A stretch of DNA of 64,000 nt from the human T2T-CHM13v2.0 reference genome, Homo sapiens (GCF_009914755.1 NC_060926.1), one strand, 5' to 3'; positions 1 to 17,998 are shown, counted from the first letter of the stretch. The notes: generated by a model not told the origin, from the letters alone. Program-made: numbers and translations.

Positions 1-67
1 ACAGGAACGTGGCAAAGCTGCGCTCCAACCACTGACCACCCAATGTTGTCACAAAAACAACATACGC
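1..67 (-). CDS. HEATR5B: HEATR5B coding exon (8th), truncated by window edge
   Basis: Minus-strand acceptor ...tttttacag| then [22 protein letters not shown], phase 0 matching the previous exon end (c.927). Confidence 0.9.
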
Positions 68-1037
68 CTGTAAAAAGAGGAAGGTACGACTTCAGATACA
101 CTTACATAACTGAACAGAAATCAAAGATAAAGCAACTACTAAAATAACTGATAACAGCATGCTGAATGAATTGTATTTGAGGCTAAAACAGAGAAAATTT
201 AAACTTGAGGTCTTTTTACTACTTCTGGAATACGAATTATTAGTGAAGTATCTTTGACCAAAAAACAGTTCTTAAGATAACAACTTCATGAAGAACACAA
301 AGGGACAGCAGTGAGAGGGAAGGGAAGCTGAATTTACCCCAGTGATCGGGAAGGTAACAGGTTACAGAAACAAGAAAACCTTAACATCCTAAATAAACAC
401 TGACTTAGAGCTATAAAACCCTTACGTACGACTTTTTCTGTAAGTTAAAAAATTGTTTACTTATATTTTATACTTGTTTCAGGATCAAGGTACAGTTATG
501 ATTTTGACTAAAATCGTGATTTTGACTATGATCACCATTTCATCTTATTAGGTGTTAATTATTATTAGATCATTAACCATAACCTCTTATTCCGTGTTAT
601 TTTGAAATTATAATTCCAAGTCAGATATAATCTTATAATTACACTGGTGATTAAACACTGATAGAAAATCCAATCAAAGCATTAACCAGTATTTTTAGCT
701 ACAGGGTTGTTGGAGAATATTAAAATCTAAATGCTCAAGCTACCTGAATACAGTTTCAATGAAAACTGAGTTACTTTATATCTGATTTTCTGTTAAGCAA
801 AATGTAGGAACTTCATTTAAAGATATTTACACAAATATGGTAGACACAGGCTTATTTATATATTATTAAATATCTACCGAATTTCCATATAAGCATGTAA
901 TTTGGAATTTGAATGTAATTCATTCATTCGGTAAAAGAAACATTTCGAAAGAAACCAGACAATATTAAAAATGTCTCTGTGAGCTGTTACTTAGTAACAG
1001 TTTTCCACGAAGTTTCACAAGTGATATGAACAAAATC

Positions 1038-1337
1038 TTTTTTTTTTTTTTTTGAGATGGAGTCTCGCTCTGTCACCCAGGTTGGAGTGCAGTGGCGCAA
1101 TCTTGGCTAACTGCAACCTCCACCTCCCTAGTTGAAGCGATTCTCCTGCCTCAGCCTCCTGAGAAGCTGGGACTACAGGCATGCGCCACCACACCTGGCT
1201 AATTTTTTGGTGTTTTTAGTAGACATGGGGTTTCACCATGTTAGTCAGGCTGGTCTCAAACTCCTGACCTCAGGCAATCTGCCCGCCTTGGCCTCCAAAA
1301 ATGCTGGGATTACAGGCGTGAGCCACCGTGCCTGGCC
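1038..1337 (-). mobile_element. AluS
   Basis: Full dimeric Alu, poly(T) head on plus strand; ends 30 nt from a HEATR5B donor. Confidence 0.92.
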
Positions 1338-1367
1338 AAAATTCTTTCACACATACGTGTTACAAAC

Positions 1368-1525
1368 CTGCGTAACTCCAACTCTCACTTCACGATTAAC
1401 GGACCCTCCAACTTTTAACATTTCTCCACCGCTCTTTAAGAAACCTGACCCTCCACGCAGAAATCCTGTGGCCATGAGTTCTAAGACTTCATCAAATGTT
1501 GCTCGCTTCACATTCTGACGCATTA
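1368..1525 (-). CDS. HEATR5B: HEATR5B coding exon 7 (158 nt)
   Basis: ag|TAATGCGT...GTTACGCAG|gtttgt; encodes (V)[52 protein letters not shown]; frame continuous with neighbours. Confidence 0.95.
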
Positions 1526-2268
1526 CTTTCAAGAAGAAAAATTAAAGTATAAGCAAATATATTTCTGAGGCACTCTAGCTTAATAATTCAAGTAATTATT
1601 TTTAAGGACACTTTACTACAATGGGGAAATGGTTTAGTTTCCTTATAATTGTTTTCTTAAAATTTTCAATGTACTTGTAAGCCTGAATTCAATTCCAAAG
1701 GAAAAAATGCTCAGAAAATGGAAAGAGCTAGAAATAAAAGCAATTCAATAAATCTACGCAAAATAGTCTAATAATAATAATACTATGTGTAACACAATAA
1801 GGACAAAGCATACCCACAGCAGATACTACTAACTGATCTCAGTTCTCATTCCCGCCTGAGGTGGACACAAAAAACTTTTCTCATCACAGTGCTTTCTATA
1901 CAGTAGTTACCAATAGATTAAGATGTTACTGGGAATGCAACTGAATTGGCATCCCTAGTACAGAGTTTCATATTTTATGAAGTCCTTCCACATATAGTAG
2001 CAAATGCAATCCTCACAAAAATTCTGCAGAGGAGGTATAAAGCTCATGGCTAAGAATTCAAGCTTTGGTATTTGGCTGCCCGGAATTTGAATTTCATTTC
2101 CGACACAGAACAGTTTTTAGAAAAATAGTTACAGAATCTAAGTCTCAATTTCCTCATCTATAAAATAGTAGTAACAGTCCATATAATTCACAAGGGCTTT
2201 TATGAGGATTAAATTTTGTAATACACTTAATTCAGTGCCTGGCACATAGTTAGCACTTTAAAACATTA

Positions 2269-2301
<33 letters not shown>
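2269..2301. repeat. (CAT)11 microsatellite
   Basis: Perfect trinucleotide run next to a MIR-like segment. Confidence 0.95.
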
Positions 2302-2302
<1 letters not shown>

Positions 2303-2748
2303 TACTGAAATAATTATCATTAAAGATGAAAATCAAAGCTCAAAGAAGTGAAATAGGGTTTCACAGTTAATAAATATAAGAGACAGGACTTGAACCTAAA
2401 ACATCTGGTTCTCTTTCTATGATACAGAGGTGGGGTAGAGGTAGGGACAAGACTGGGGCAGGGTTCACTCAGCATCTGCTCACAGGCACCCCTGAGATAT
2501 CTCTACGGAACTGTGAAGCAAAGCAAGAGTAATTTGAAAACTCAGTGCTGCCTCTGATTCTGTTTATAATGATAATCAAGAAAAATTAAAAATTAATACT
2601 GTGGTACAAATGGGGATCTACTCATCAGAGACAGAAAATAGCAAATAAAGTGCTGAAAATAAGTAGCAAATAAAGTGCCAGATTCCAGTACCTTATACAT
2701 TATCCAAAATCATTTCATAAATCTTATGTGCTTATATGTCCAGCATAA

Positions 2749-3121
<373 letters not shown>

Positions 3122-3247
3122 AGGTTCTTTCATTTTATGGAAAAGTAGACAAAGATACCTAAAAATTTAAATCCATTACACTGACTTGCCTATATGCAAT
3201 AACTAATTAGGTCTGTTATGGTCTAAATCAAGGGCAAACAACAATAC

Positions 3248-3419
3248 CTGTTGCCTGTTTTGGCATTAATGCTGTGGCCATGACTGTTCCTAAAAGTTTA
3301 GACACTGCCACTCGTACCCCATAATTTGAGTTTTCCAAAGCCTTAAAGCAGAGAGTGGCTATATTTTCTAGTTCAGCAGTCCACATAAATACAGCTTCAT
3401 TCTGTAGTTCTAGTAGACA
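3248..3419 (-). CDS. HEATR5B: HEATR5B coding exon 6 (172 nt)
   Basis: ttccag|TGTCTACTA...GCAACAG|gtattg; [57 protein letters not shown] (HEAT-repeat-like). Confidence 0.95.
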
Positions 3420-3449
3420 CTGGAATTAAAAACAAAAAAGTAAATAACA

Positions 3450-6560
<3,111 letters not shown>

Positions 6561-6603
6561 CGTTGACTGTTTAAGAGCAAGAAGGATAAAGAGCAGTATT
6601 CTA

Positions 6604-6771
<168 letters not shown>

Positions 6772-7489
6772 CTAGACATGTATACAAAACAAAACTATTT
6801 TGTAAAATAAATTCCATATTTAAACAAGAACACACCAAGACAAAAGTTCTTTGGGTCTAATGGTCTTACCTCCAAATTATAAACGGTAAATAATGAAAAG
6901 TACAATAAAATTAAGTATTCTAGAAAGTACCTGGCAAGTAAGAATAGTCAATTAAATAATATCTTTCTAAAAAATTAGGTTTTAAGTAAATATATTCCAA
7001 TATTTCTATGAATTACTGAAGTACATACAATATAATGAAAACATGAAGAGATTCAAAAGCTTCAATATCATATCTCAATATATAAAATATTTCAGAACGT
7101 AAAATATTAAGTAAAAAAGTTGAGAAATAATATATAAATGATCCAAAAAAGGAAGCAGAAAACATCCAACACATTTAAAAAAACATGTCAGAAATACAGC
7201 AAACCTTCATCTTCTTGTGACTAACTCAAACTGTTATATCCATATTCTCATAGTGCTTATTGTTATTTCTGATAGTATACTCCCAGCGTATCACAATGCT
7301 TATTCACACTTAGCTCTCTTCCACTAAACTGTAAGTTCTTTGAGGTCAGGACCATCTTTGTATGTTTAATGCCTGACAAATAATAAGTCCTCAATTCTTT
7401 TTTAATGAATGAATAGACAAATAGTTCCCAGAAAAGGTATCCAATTCTAATCCAATGACTGGTATCACTGAACAGGGAAATAATTTAGA

Positions 7490-7764
7490 CACAAAACACA
7501 AAGGGACAGGAAAAAGGTGATGTGACAAAGGAGACAGAGATGGGAGAGATGCATCTACAAGCCAGGGAAGATCAAAGATTTCCAGCAACCACTAGAAGGT
7601 AAGAAGGAAAGGAAACATTCTTCCCTAGATCCTTCAGTGGAAACATGGCCTTGCTGACACTTTATCGCAGACCTCCAGCTTCCAGAACTGTGAGACAATA
7701 AATTGTTGTTGTTTTAAGCCACCCAGTCTAAGGTAATTTATTACAGTAACCAGGAAATTAACAC
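7490..7764 (+). mobile_element. MLT1-type MaLR LTR (3' part)
   Basis: CAAGCCAGGGAA..., CCAGAACTGTGAGACAATAAATTG..TTTTAAGCCACCCAGT motif. Confidence 0.75.
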
Positions 7765-8045
7765 ATTAGCTATGGCACCAAAAAAAAGAAAAAAAAAAAA
7801 AGCCAATCCAAAAGTACCATAGGACTAAATAAAAAATAACAAGTAAACCTATTCCTTGTCAAAGAAAAGCATTCTTTCCCTTCCCCCTGATATACATTAA
7901 AAGAAGGGACAAGTAATAATTTGTAATTACCTCCTTGCTAAGCAATATGAGACCACAGTGACAGAAAAAGAAACAAACATATTTTAGCTGACATCTAACT
8001 CTTGCCACAAGCAAATATTCAAATAATATTGGTTGTAAAACTTAC

Positions 8046-8154
8046 CTCTGCACTTTTCAGAGATTTCAATAGATTATTTACCGTTTCTGGAAATGCGCTG
8101 CCCAACATTCTCCCCATTTTTTCATAAAATGCTCCGACACAAGCCACCGCAGCC
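8046..8154 (-). CDS. HEATR5B: HEATR5B coding exon 4 (109 nt)
   Basis: ttacag|GGCTGCG...GCAGAG|gtaag; [36 protein letters not shown]. Confidence 0.95.
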
Positions 8155-8440
8155 CTGTAAGAAGTGACAACTTCACTAGTCATTGTCCAGGTTAATGATA
8201 CAATTATACTTTTCTCATTTTTAGAAATCAATTTGCATTTGTCTAGGACACTTTTGGCTATAATCCTTAATTTCAACTATCAAAAACAATTTATGCTTCA
8301 TAACTGCAACAAATACTATACTCTATTTACACTGTATTCTTGTTAAATACTATAGTTAAACTGTATTCTTGTTAGGAATACAAAAGAATCTATATATGTA
8401 CATAATAAATCATACCCATTCTTTGGGAAGAAATCCAAGC

Positions 8441-8742
8441 TTTTCTTTTTTTTTTTAGGGGGAGACAAAGTCTCACTCTGTCGCCCACGCTGGAGTGCAG
8501 TGGTGTGGTCCTGGTTCACTGCAACCTCTGCCTCCTGGGTTCAAGCCATTCTCCTGCCTCAGCTTCCTGAGTAGCTGGGATTACAGGTGCATGCCACCAT
8601 TCCCAGCTCATTTTGTATATTCAGTAGAGATGGGGTTTCACCACGTTAGCCAGGCTGATCTCGAACTCCTGACCTCAGGTGATCCGCCTGCCTCGGCCTC
8701 CCAAAGTGTTGGGATTACAGGCGTGAGCCACAGCGCCCGGCC
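8441..8742 (-). mobile_element. AluS
   Basis: Full dimeric Alu, flanked by AAGCTTT. Confidence 0.92.
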
Positions 8743-10253
8743 CCTAAGCTTTGCTTCTATGAAGACTTTCCAAATTATGTCAAGCCTCAACAATCCCTCT
8801 CTTCTTTCATTATATGTAACACTTAATGTCAATCACTGATTTTGACAAAATTATATCATTTACTGTGTTGTAACTTGACCATTTTATATGTCTCTATCTT
8901 GTCCTGCCAGTGGAAATGTAAACTCCAGAAACGGAATATAGCTCACATATTTGCATTGCTCACAGTGTCTACCTCTTAATTTACAAATAATACTATACTA
9001 TTAGTAAACCTGTAAAATTTAATCTAAATTACATTAACAGAACACTTGGAAGAATAAAGTAATAATAGCAACACACTTCTTCAGGAGCAAGAAATGACCC
9101 CAGTGTCACTTAGGTCAATAGTAAGTGAATAGCTGTGGGTTTAGCTTAAAGGCAAAAGTAGGACATGGTGGTTAAGAGCGGATGCTTTGGAGTCTAGCAG
9201 ACCTGTGCCTAAATCCTAGAACCTACCATCTAATAGCTATGTGTAGTTGGATCTTGGAAGTGGGCAGGTGGTCTACCATGAGGCGAGTCATTCCCGCTCC
9301 AACAAATAAAAATAAATAAAAGCTATGTGATCTGAGCAATTTACAGATAAGAGAGGTTAACTAAATTTAGCTCACAATCAAACACATAATAAACAGTAGA
9401 ATCAGGGAATCAACTTTCACCTCTTCAACTCCAAATCTCATGCTTTTTGATACCCTGTAGGCTGATAATAAATTTAAAATGACTGGCATCACATGCCGGC
9501 ATACATTAGAGATTTCCTAAATAGGACCCATGGATCCACTGGAAATACATATGAATGTATAATCAATTCTACTTAACCAGAACTATAAAATTATGTGTGT
9601 ATTTGCTAAGTGGCAGTGAACTAAATCATTAAAGTATTAACATAGCTTCAAACTTCAAAACAAACTAGAAAGTACTGGTACTGTCTAATCTCCTCTAAAA
9701 CTTTTGAGGTCTACATCTATCCTAAACAAAACACAAAAATCTAATCACAATATATCTAGGTAGTTACCTAGTGATACCAGGTAACTACCTAAAAGTAGAC
9801 CTAAAAATTAGAATCCAGGTTTTGAATAATCTCTCCATTTCCTCTGTAAGCTATTACACGGACCATGGCCCCTTGAATGTTGACGTTCTAGAGTTGTATC
9901 CCTAGGCATCTTCTCTTCTCAAATATACTACTCCTCCTAGGTAACTTTACTCATATCAAAGGATTCAGCCTACTCACCAAAACTACATTCCCAACAAATC
10001 TCTAAAATCCCAACTAGAATTTCCAACTACCTATTTTACACTGTCATTTGGATATTCCCATTTGTATTCCAGAATCAGCATGCCTAAAATTTAACTATCT
10101 TCCCATCACAACTCGATCCACTTAGAGCTCTCACTGTTAGCAGCATGTCGCAGGTTCCACCCACCTGGGGGTTTTTATGGTCCATAGTCTCCTACTAAGT
10201 TTCCTTGAAAGAAAAAATAAAACTTCAAGGGCCCCTATTAAAGTAAGTACTTA

Positions 10254-10469
<216 letters not shown>

Positions 10470-10944
10470 TTACAAAAAAAATTTTTAAAAGAACATCATT
10501 AAAAATTTTTTTTGTTACCTTTTAATCAAAATAAAAAACACTTAACACTTAAGGCACTCTAATAATTAAAAATCTATATTGTATTAAACATAAACCGTGA
10601 GAATTTTCAAGTTAATGAAAAGTTCTGTAAGAAATGAGCCATTCTTTCCTACATTAAATATTCTCCTTCATGCTCCTCCAAAGCCAAAAGGTTAGCTCCA
10701 ATAAAGTGACTCTGATTCAAAAAGTTATGAGACCAACTTACTAAGAAATAAACCAACAGCCAAAGGATGCAAAATATTGGGTGTATGGACAACTGATGTC
10801 TTACAACCCAGATAGGTTTCCTATGTAAAAGTGAAGTCAGTAGTTCATAAAGTTACAGGTCAGCAAATGAAACCAAAAGAAACTGAAGAGCCCTAGACAA
10901 CAGGAAAAAAAAATACCCAGCTCTACCCATAATCAATATCTAGA

Positions 10945-12320
10945 ATTCATTTATTTATTCAAACAATATTTATTATGTACTTAACGTATGCCACATACTA
11001 GGGTGCAACAGTGAACAAAATAGACAAACAAGTCCCTGCCCTCATTAAGTTTACATTCTAGTGAGGAGGGACAGAGTTTACCAAACAAACAAATGAATAG
11101 TATGGGTGGTTACTGTTTTACGTGGATTAATTAGAAAAGGCCTCTCTCTGAAAAGAAGTGAAGGGGTGAGCCATGCAGATACCCAGGGGAAGAACATTCC
11201 AGGCTGAAGGAACAAGTATAAAGGCCTTGAGGTTGGACCATTCTTAGCATCCTTAAAGACACCAAGAAGGCCAGTTTGGCTGCAGTGGAGTAAGAGAAAG
11301 TAGTAAGAGATGAATTCAGAAGGATAGAAGGGACCACATCAGGTAATCTCTTGCACCCCACTATAGAACTCTGTATGTCACTCTCAGTAAGAGAACTTTG
11401 TATGTTACTCTGAGTAAGAGTTTGAAGCAGAGGAGGGTCGTGATCTAAATGTTTTTAACAGGCTCACTCTGACTTCTAAGAATACTCTATATGGTCCATA
11501 AATGGAAAGCATCATGACCAAATAGGAAGCAGATGCAATAATCCAGATGAGAGATAATAGCGGTAACCATAGAGATGATAAATAAACTCTGGATTTGTTT
11601 GTGGATGAAACCATAGGATTTGCTGGTGAATACAACATGAAATTTGAGAAAAAGAGGGAAGTCAAAAATGACTCTATGGTTTTCCCTTGAGCAACTAGAA
11701 GGATGAAATGGTCATTTCCTGAGATAGAGAACATGGGGGAAAGGGCAGGTTTGGGAGGAGAAATCAAGAATTTGGTTTGGGTATGTTAACTCTGAGATGC
11801 CACTTAGATAAGAAAGAGGTGGAGTAAACATTATCCTGGGAATCATTATTTTATAGATGATAGTAAAAATCATACAATTAGATGATATCACTGAAGGAAT
11901 ATGTACAGATTAAAAAAAAAAAAATGCCCTGAACTGAGGAAGAGTTAAAAAAGAACAAGAAGTAGTAGTTAGTGAAGTGGGAGAGGAACCAAAACCTAAC
12001 AGCGTCTTGGGAAGCCACGAACAGGAAGAAAACTTCACACAAACTGTGCAAAGCAATGATAACAATCTTATTGTTTAATTTGGGTGGAGGGTGTACAGAT
12101 ATTCATATTATGCTTCCTGTTTTATACACTCTTGTATTTATCAATTTCAGAACAAAATTAAAGACGTTTTAAGTGTTTCAAGGTGAAAAGATGGAGATGG
12201 ATCAAATAAGACAGAATACTGACCACTGTTCTGGGCAATCTGTCATCAGTAATGGCTGGACAAGTGCTGTTTCAGTGGAGTGGAAGTAAATCCCCAGTTG
12301 TAGAGGATTTAAGAGAAAAC
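10945..12320 (-). mobile_element. L2 LINE fragment(s)
   Basis: ATTCATTTATTTATTCAAACAATATTTATT L2 tail and typical L2 body; degenerate ORF2 peptide (PKPALSPMFSISGN). Confidence 0.7.
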
Positions 12321-12361
12321 AGAAACGTCTAGTTGACAATTACAAGTGAATCCATGCATTG

Positions 12362-12478
12362 TTTTTTTTTTATACTTCAAGTTCTAGGGTACATGTGCAC
12401 AATGTGCAGGTTTGCTACATATGTATACATGTGCCATGTTGGTGTGCTGCACCCATTAACTCGTCATTTACATTAGGT
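12362..12478 (-). mobile_element. Severely 5'-truncated L1PA 3' end
   Basis: poly(T) + TATACTTCAAGTTCTAGGGTACATGTGCAC...; TSD CATGCATTG at 12353-12361 and 12479-12487. Confidence 0.88.
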
Positions 12479-13169
12479 CATGCATTGACTGTTTCTATAG
12501 AAACTCCATTAAAACCATACTAAAGGGTAGCAACAACAACAGGAACAATAACAACAAAGCACAAATCCAAAGGGTAAAGAAAACAGGAGAAAGAATCAAC
12601 ACAGTATTTGGAAACCAACTGTTCCCAACAGGGAAAGCTGCAAAATGACCTAACTTACAACACAGGACCCCCTAAGAGATCACGGTTTTTTTAAGCCCTA
12701 GGTGATTTTGGAGGTGGGAGTGAAGTTGTATGTACCTTGAGATAGAGGGAATGGTTGAGAGTCTAATAAGCAGAAAGAATCCTCTTCTTCATTATGGAAG
12801 CAGACTGAAAGTTTATTCTCTGGGAAGAGTGAAATATTGTATGTCCAGACTAGAAGAGTCCAGGCACAGTTGCGGTCTGGGAAAACTGCACTGAAAATGG
12901 GGAGATGCAGTGAAAGTTCACATACTGAACTTTAAAGTCCCCAGTCTTCTCCCACAACTCCAAGAATGTAGCCAGCTAGCTATATACTCTTCAGACACGA
13001 CAGTAGAAAAGTATCTTCTGGGGAATGACTAGCCTACAGAAACCTACTAAGGTCAGGGACCAAACTAGCCTACAGTGAAGTCCAGTTTAAAAGACTGGCC
13101 CTGCTGAGAAAAGTTTTTACTACTCACTTTTAAATTTGATCAGGCAGCCAAAGATCATCAGACATTTGA

Positions 13170-13554
<385 letters not shown>

Positions 13555-13574
13555 TAAAAAGTAAGTTGAATCAA

Positions 13575-14027
13575 TGTTGGGAACTGGCTCCAAAACTGGC
13601 CATAAATAAAATCTCTGCAGCACTGTGACATGTTCATGATGGCCATAACGAAACCCGAATGAGGGCAAGGAACACCTGGCCTGAAAACCGCTTAAAGGCG
13701 CTCTTAAACCACAAACAATACCATGAGCGATCTGCGCCTTAAGGGCATGTTCCTGCTGCACAGAACTAGCCAGACCCACCCCTTTGTTTCAGCATACCCC
13801 TTCGTTTCCCATAAGGGATACTTTTAGCTAATCGAATATCTGTAGAAACAATGTTAATGGCTGGCTTGCTGTTAATAGACACTTGAGTAAATCTCTGTTC
13901 CGGGGTCTCAGCTCTGAAGCCTGTGAGACCCCTGATTTCCCACTTTACACCTCTATATTTCTGTGTGTGTCTTTAATTCCTCTAGCGCCGCTAGGTTAGG
14001 GTCTCCCCAAACGAGCTGGTCTCGGCA
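13575..14027 (+). mobile_element. Solo LTR, MER9-type (HERV-K/HML-3 family)
   Basis: TG...CA ends, exact 6-bp TSD AATCAA (13569-13574, 14028-14033), MER9-like CCAAAACTGGCCATAAA..AAATCTCTGCAGCAC start and GAGCTGGTCTCGGCA end. Confidence 0.85.
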
Positions 14028-14387
14028 AATCAAGGCTATGCAGGAAGAAAAAACAGATTAAAAAAAAAAAAGAGCCTATTATTGACTCCTCAAAGAGATA
14101 AGTGAAGACACTGGGATTGTTAGGCAGCATAGAGAGATCACTTGCAACGGGTGACGATGATAAATTTAAAGTGACACCAGTCATATAGCCATGTTTTTCT
14201 CCAGTTACAATGAGCTGCCCAGGTACAAACATAAAGAAGATAGGCAATGAGCTGGATTTAAACGAGGTTTGAGTTTTGCCACTAAATTTCCCATTCGTGT
14301 AATACTCTCAAGTTCCATAAGTGACCCATAAACCTTCCAAAACATAACATGTGTTTTCTTAAGAATCATGACCACATAATCTCTTCA

Positions 14388-14798
<411 letters not shown>

Positions 14799-15491
14799 TT
14801 AAAAGAAATTATTGCCAAAAAAGGCATTATTCCAGAAGAAATATGTCCAGCAACACATATGTCATTTACCCGTTCTATAAATGAAAAAACTGAAGCACTA
14901 AGATCAAACACCCCAGCCGGGCTTGACAACCATCCTCCTCTTTTTCTCGTCCAGGGTTCGGTACATAGCACCTTTACCCTCCCGCGCTGCACCTGGCCAG
15001 AGGGACTGAGGTCAAAACACCCAGCACAGACATCCCGAACTGCAGGTCTCCAAGACTCTTCCTACGCGGATGGGTGGGGCGGCCAGGCCCGGCGGCCGAA
15101 GCGTCAGTGACAACACCAGGCGGTCCGGAATGCACCCGAGAAGCCTCGCGCGCTCGGGGTCTGGCTTCACCTGGCTACTCCAAGAACCGCAAGCGGCGGA
15201 CCCGGGGAAACACCAAGAGGCCGCCGCAAGCCTCCGTGGGGTTCCGCAGGCTGTCAATAGCACGAGGCGGCAGCTCGGAACTAAGCACGGAGCCAGAAAA
15301 GGGAAAATGTTCATTACGAACTCAAATGTCTTCCCCACCCGTCTGAAAATGTACGTCGGACAGGAGTCCGTGCGTGTCAACATGCATGCTTCGGCGACCT
15401 CACCTCGTAGTCTGGAAGGGAAGATCAGCTGAGCTCCGGGGGTAGAAGCAGCCACCAAGAGACCCGGATGCCCCACCTCCCGCACTCCTAC

Positions 15492-15560
15492 CTGCAGGAA
15501 ACAAGGGAAGAGCGCTTGCGCGGAGGGCTGGTCTTGCGCAAGCGCAGTCACCACGTCCTC
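15492..15560 (-). other. HEATR5B: HEATR5B non-coding exon 1 (5' end approximate)
   Basis: Donor CTGCAG|gtagga at 15492 inside the CpG island; TSS cannot be fixed from sequence. Confidence 0.7.
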
Positions 15561-15652
15561 CTATCCCCACCCGCCGCGAATTTCCAATAGAGTCTGCACT
15601 AGGAAACTGGTGGGAGCCGAGGTCCGGAAGTCCGACGCTGGTCGGTGGGCGC

Positions 15653-15705
15653 ATGCGCAGCGCGCGCTCTACGGCGCTGAACCGGGGCGAGCAGAGAGCT
15701 GTCAG
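15653..15705 (+). CDS. GPATCH11: GPATCH11 exon 1; upstream ATG giving optional N-terminal extension MRSARSTALNRGEQRAV(R)
   Basis: ATG 15653, donor CAG|gtaag after 15705; splicing to 19504 is in frame with the ATG at 19517 (22 extra codons, 285 aa). Whether this ATG is inside most transcripts is uncertain. Confidence 0.65.
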
Positions 15706-16834
15706 GTAAGAGAGCTGTCAGGTAAGGGTCTGGGGACAACCGGTAGAATGATAAAAGGCAGAGTGCGCTGGCCATGACTACCGTATCACACCGTCAGCCA
15801 CTTTTCCATCCGTGGGTGGTTGCGTCTGTGGGACGCTTGCAGCCAGGAGGAACGCGTGAGGGAAGGGATCAGCGGTTCCTGAGCGTAGTATTGAGAGTGG
15901 GACGTTTCTTGTCACATTTATACTGTAGGTCCATTTCTCCACTTGTATATGTAATGGGACTCTCAATATGTCTGTTTCCCGACTACGCCCCCTAAAAAAA
16001 CAAAAACAAACCTACTCCTACAGTCTTCCCACTCTCAAAAAACGTTAACTCCGTTCTTCCATGTATTCAGGCCAAAAACTTAGCGTTATCTTGACATCGT
16101 TCTTTACGTACTACCTACAACATCAGCAAATCCTGTAAGCTCTACCTTCAAGTGTACCCCAAATGCGACCACTTGCATTGCTATCACTCTGGTACGAGCC
16201 TCCATCATCTCTGCCAGGGTATCGCCTTGTGAAGTTTATGCTTATCTTTGATGGAAATGGATAATGCTAAAGTATATTTTACCAATAGAAAGAGAGCTTT
16301 AAAAGCAACCTGTAACCCCATTCAGATGTGCCTGGCACTTTAAAGTTAAGTAGGTCTCTTAAAAACAATGTAATCCTATTTGCAAGGCACTATGACCCGG
16401 ATTCTTTGTGGTTTTGAAATAGTCATTTAGCCATACTGAACCTTAATTTCTCCAACAGGAAAAACTCTTCCTACCTTGTAGAGTTGTTAGTGGTGGTTAA
16501 ATGTGATAAAAATGTGTGATATACTGGGTAAGTGTTAAACCATTATGTGTAAAAATGCTGTTATTACCAATGAAGAATCTGAGGTTTAGAGGAAGCGGGT
16601 GAATTACCATAAATGCTGTATATAATAGTGCACGTTTTTAACTTATAATAAAAATAGGTAAACTAAACTGTAATGTTTAAAGATGCACACGTGGATGACA
16701 AAACTATCAAGAAAATGAAGGAAATGATTGCCATAAAAAACAGAATAGTGACTATTCTTAGAACCAAAAGAGAGTTGCAACTGGATAGGGGACAAAGAGG
16801 GCTCCCAGGTGCCTGATAAGGTTCTACTTCCTGA

Positions 16835-17355
16835 TAACTTTTGCTACATAACAAATTATCCCCAAATGTAGCAGCTTAAGATAACTGTAATCATTTGTTA
16901 TCTCACAGTTTCTATGGGTCAGGAATTTGTTAGCAGCTTAGCTTAGTTTAGCATGGACTTTCTTAAGAAGTTGCAGTGAAGATGCCAGCCCAGGCTGAGT
17001 CATTTGAAGGCCTGACTGGAGCAAGAGAATCCATTTCCAAGGTAGCTCACTCCTGTGGCTCATGAGTTTGTGCTGGCTTTTAATAGGAGGACTCAGTTCC
17101 AATCGTGTGACCTTCTCCATAGAGCTTCTTGAGTATCCTTATTATGTGACCACTGACTTCCTTCAAGTGAGTCATCTAACTTCAAAGTTAGAATGACCTA
17201 AGAGCTGCAGTTATGACCAAAAAATCAACTCCATCATCTCCACAAAATCCTGTTGGTTACACAGGTTAATCCTGTTCACTGTGGAAGGAGACTACACTAA
17301 GGATGTAGAAAACCACACAGCAAGAATGACTGGGAGTCATTTTGGAGGGTACCAC
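16835..17355 (-). mobile_element. MLT1-type MaLR LTR
   Basis: TGCTACATAACAAATTATCCCCAAA...TCTCACAGTTTCTATGGGTCAGGAATTT, reverse-complement MLT1 hallmarks. Confidence 0.65.
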
Positions 17356-17608
17356 ATGGTTACAAGAATGTTTGACTCACAGAAATGTATTAAGCTGTAC
17401 ATTTGTTTTATGTGTTTTCTGTACGTATTTAAAAAGTGTTTAAAAATGACTTGTTGACATAGGAAAAAGTTATAAAATTACAAATATTAAAGACCCTTTT
17501 TATCCTCATTGTTGCTAAACAATTATTAAGCATTTGTGTTTGGGATGCAGTGGTAGGTAGGGAGGATATAGGGGACTTGTCTTTGTGTTTAACACAAGAT
17601 ATACATTA

Positions 17609-17998
<390 letters not shown>

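Larger units (their letters stand above)
14985..15900. promoter_or_regulatory. CpG island / bidirectional promoter of HEATR5B and GPATCH11
   Basis: Sharp rise in GC and CpG; NRF1-type GCGCATGCGC (15649-15658) and TGCGCAAGCGCA (15535-15546), ETS/GABPA CCGGAAGT (15624-15631), CCAAT (15584-15588); divergent first-exon donors at 15492 (-) and 15705 (+). Confidence 0.9.

Noticed and set aside
2639-2678. 15-bp direct repeat TAGCAAATAAAGTGC with 10-nt spacer
   Set aside because: Two copies only, ordinary slippage duplication; not an array
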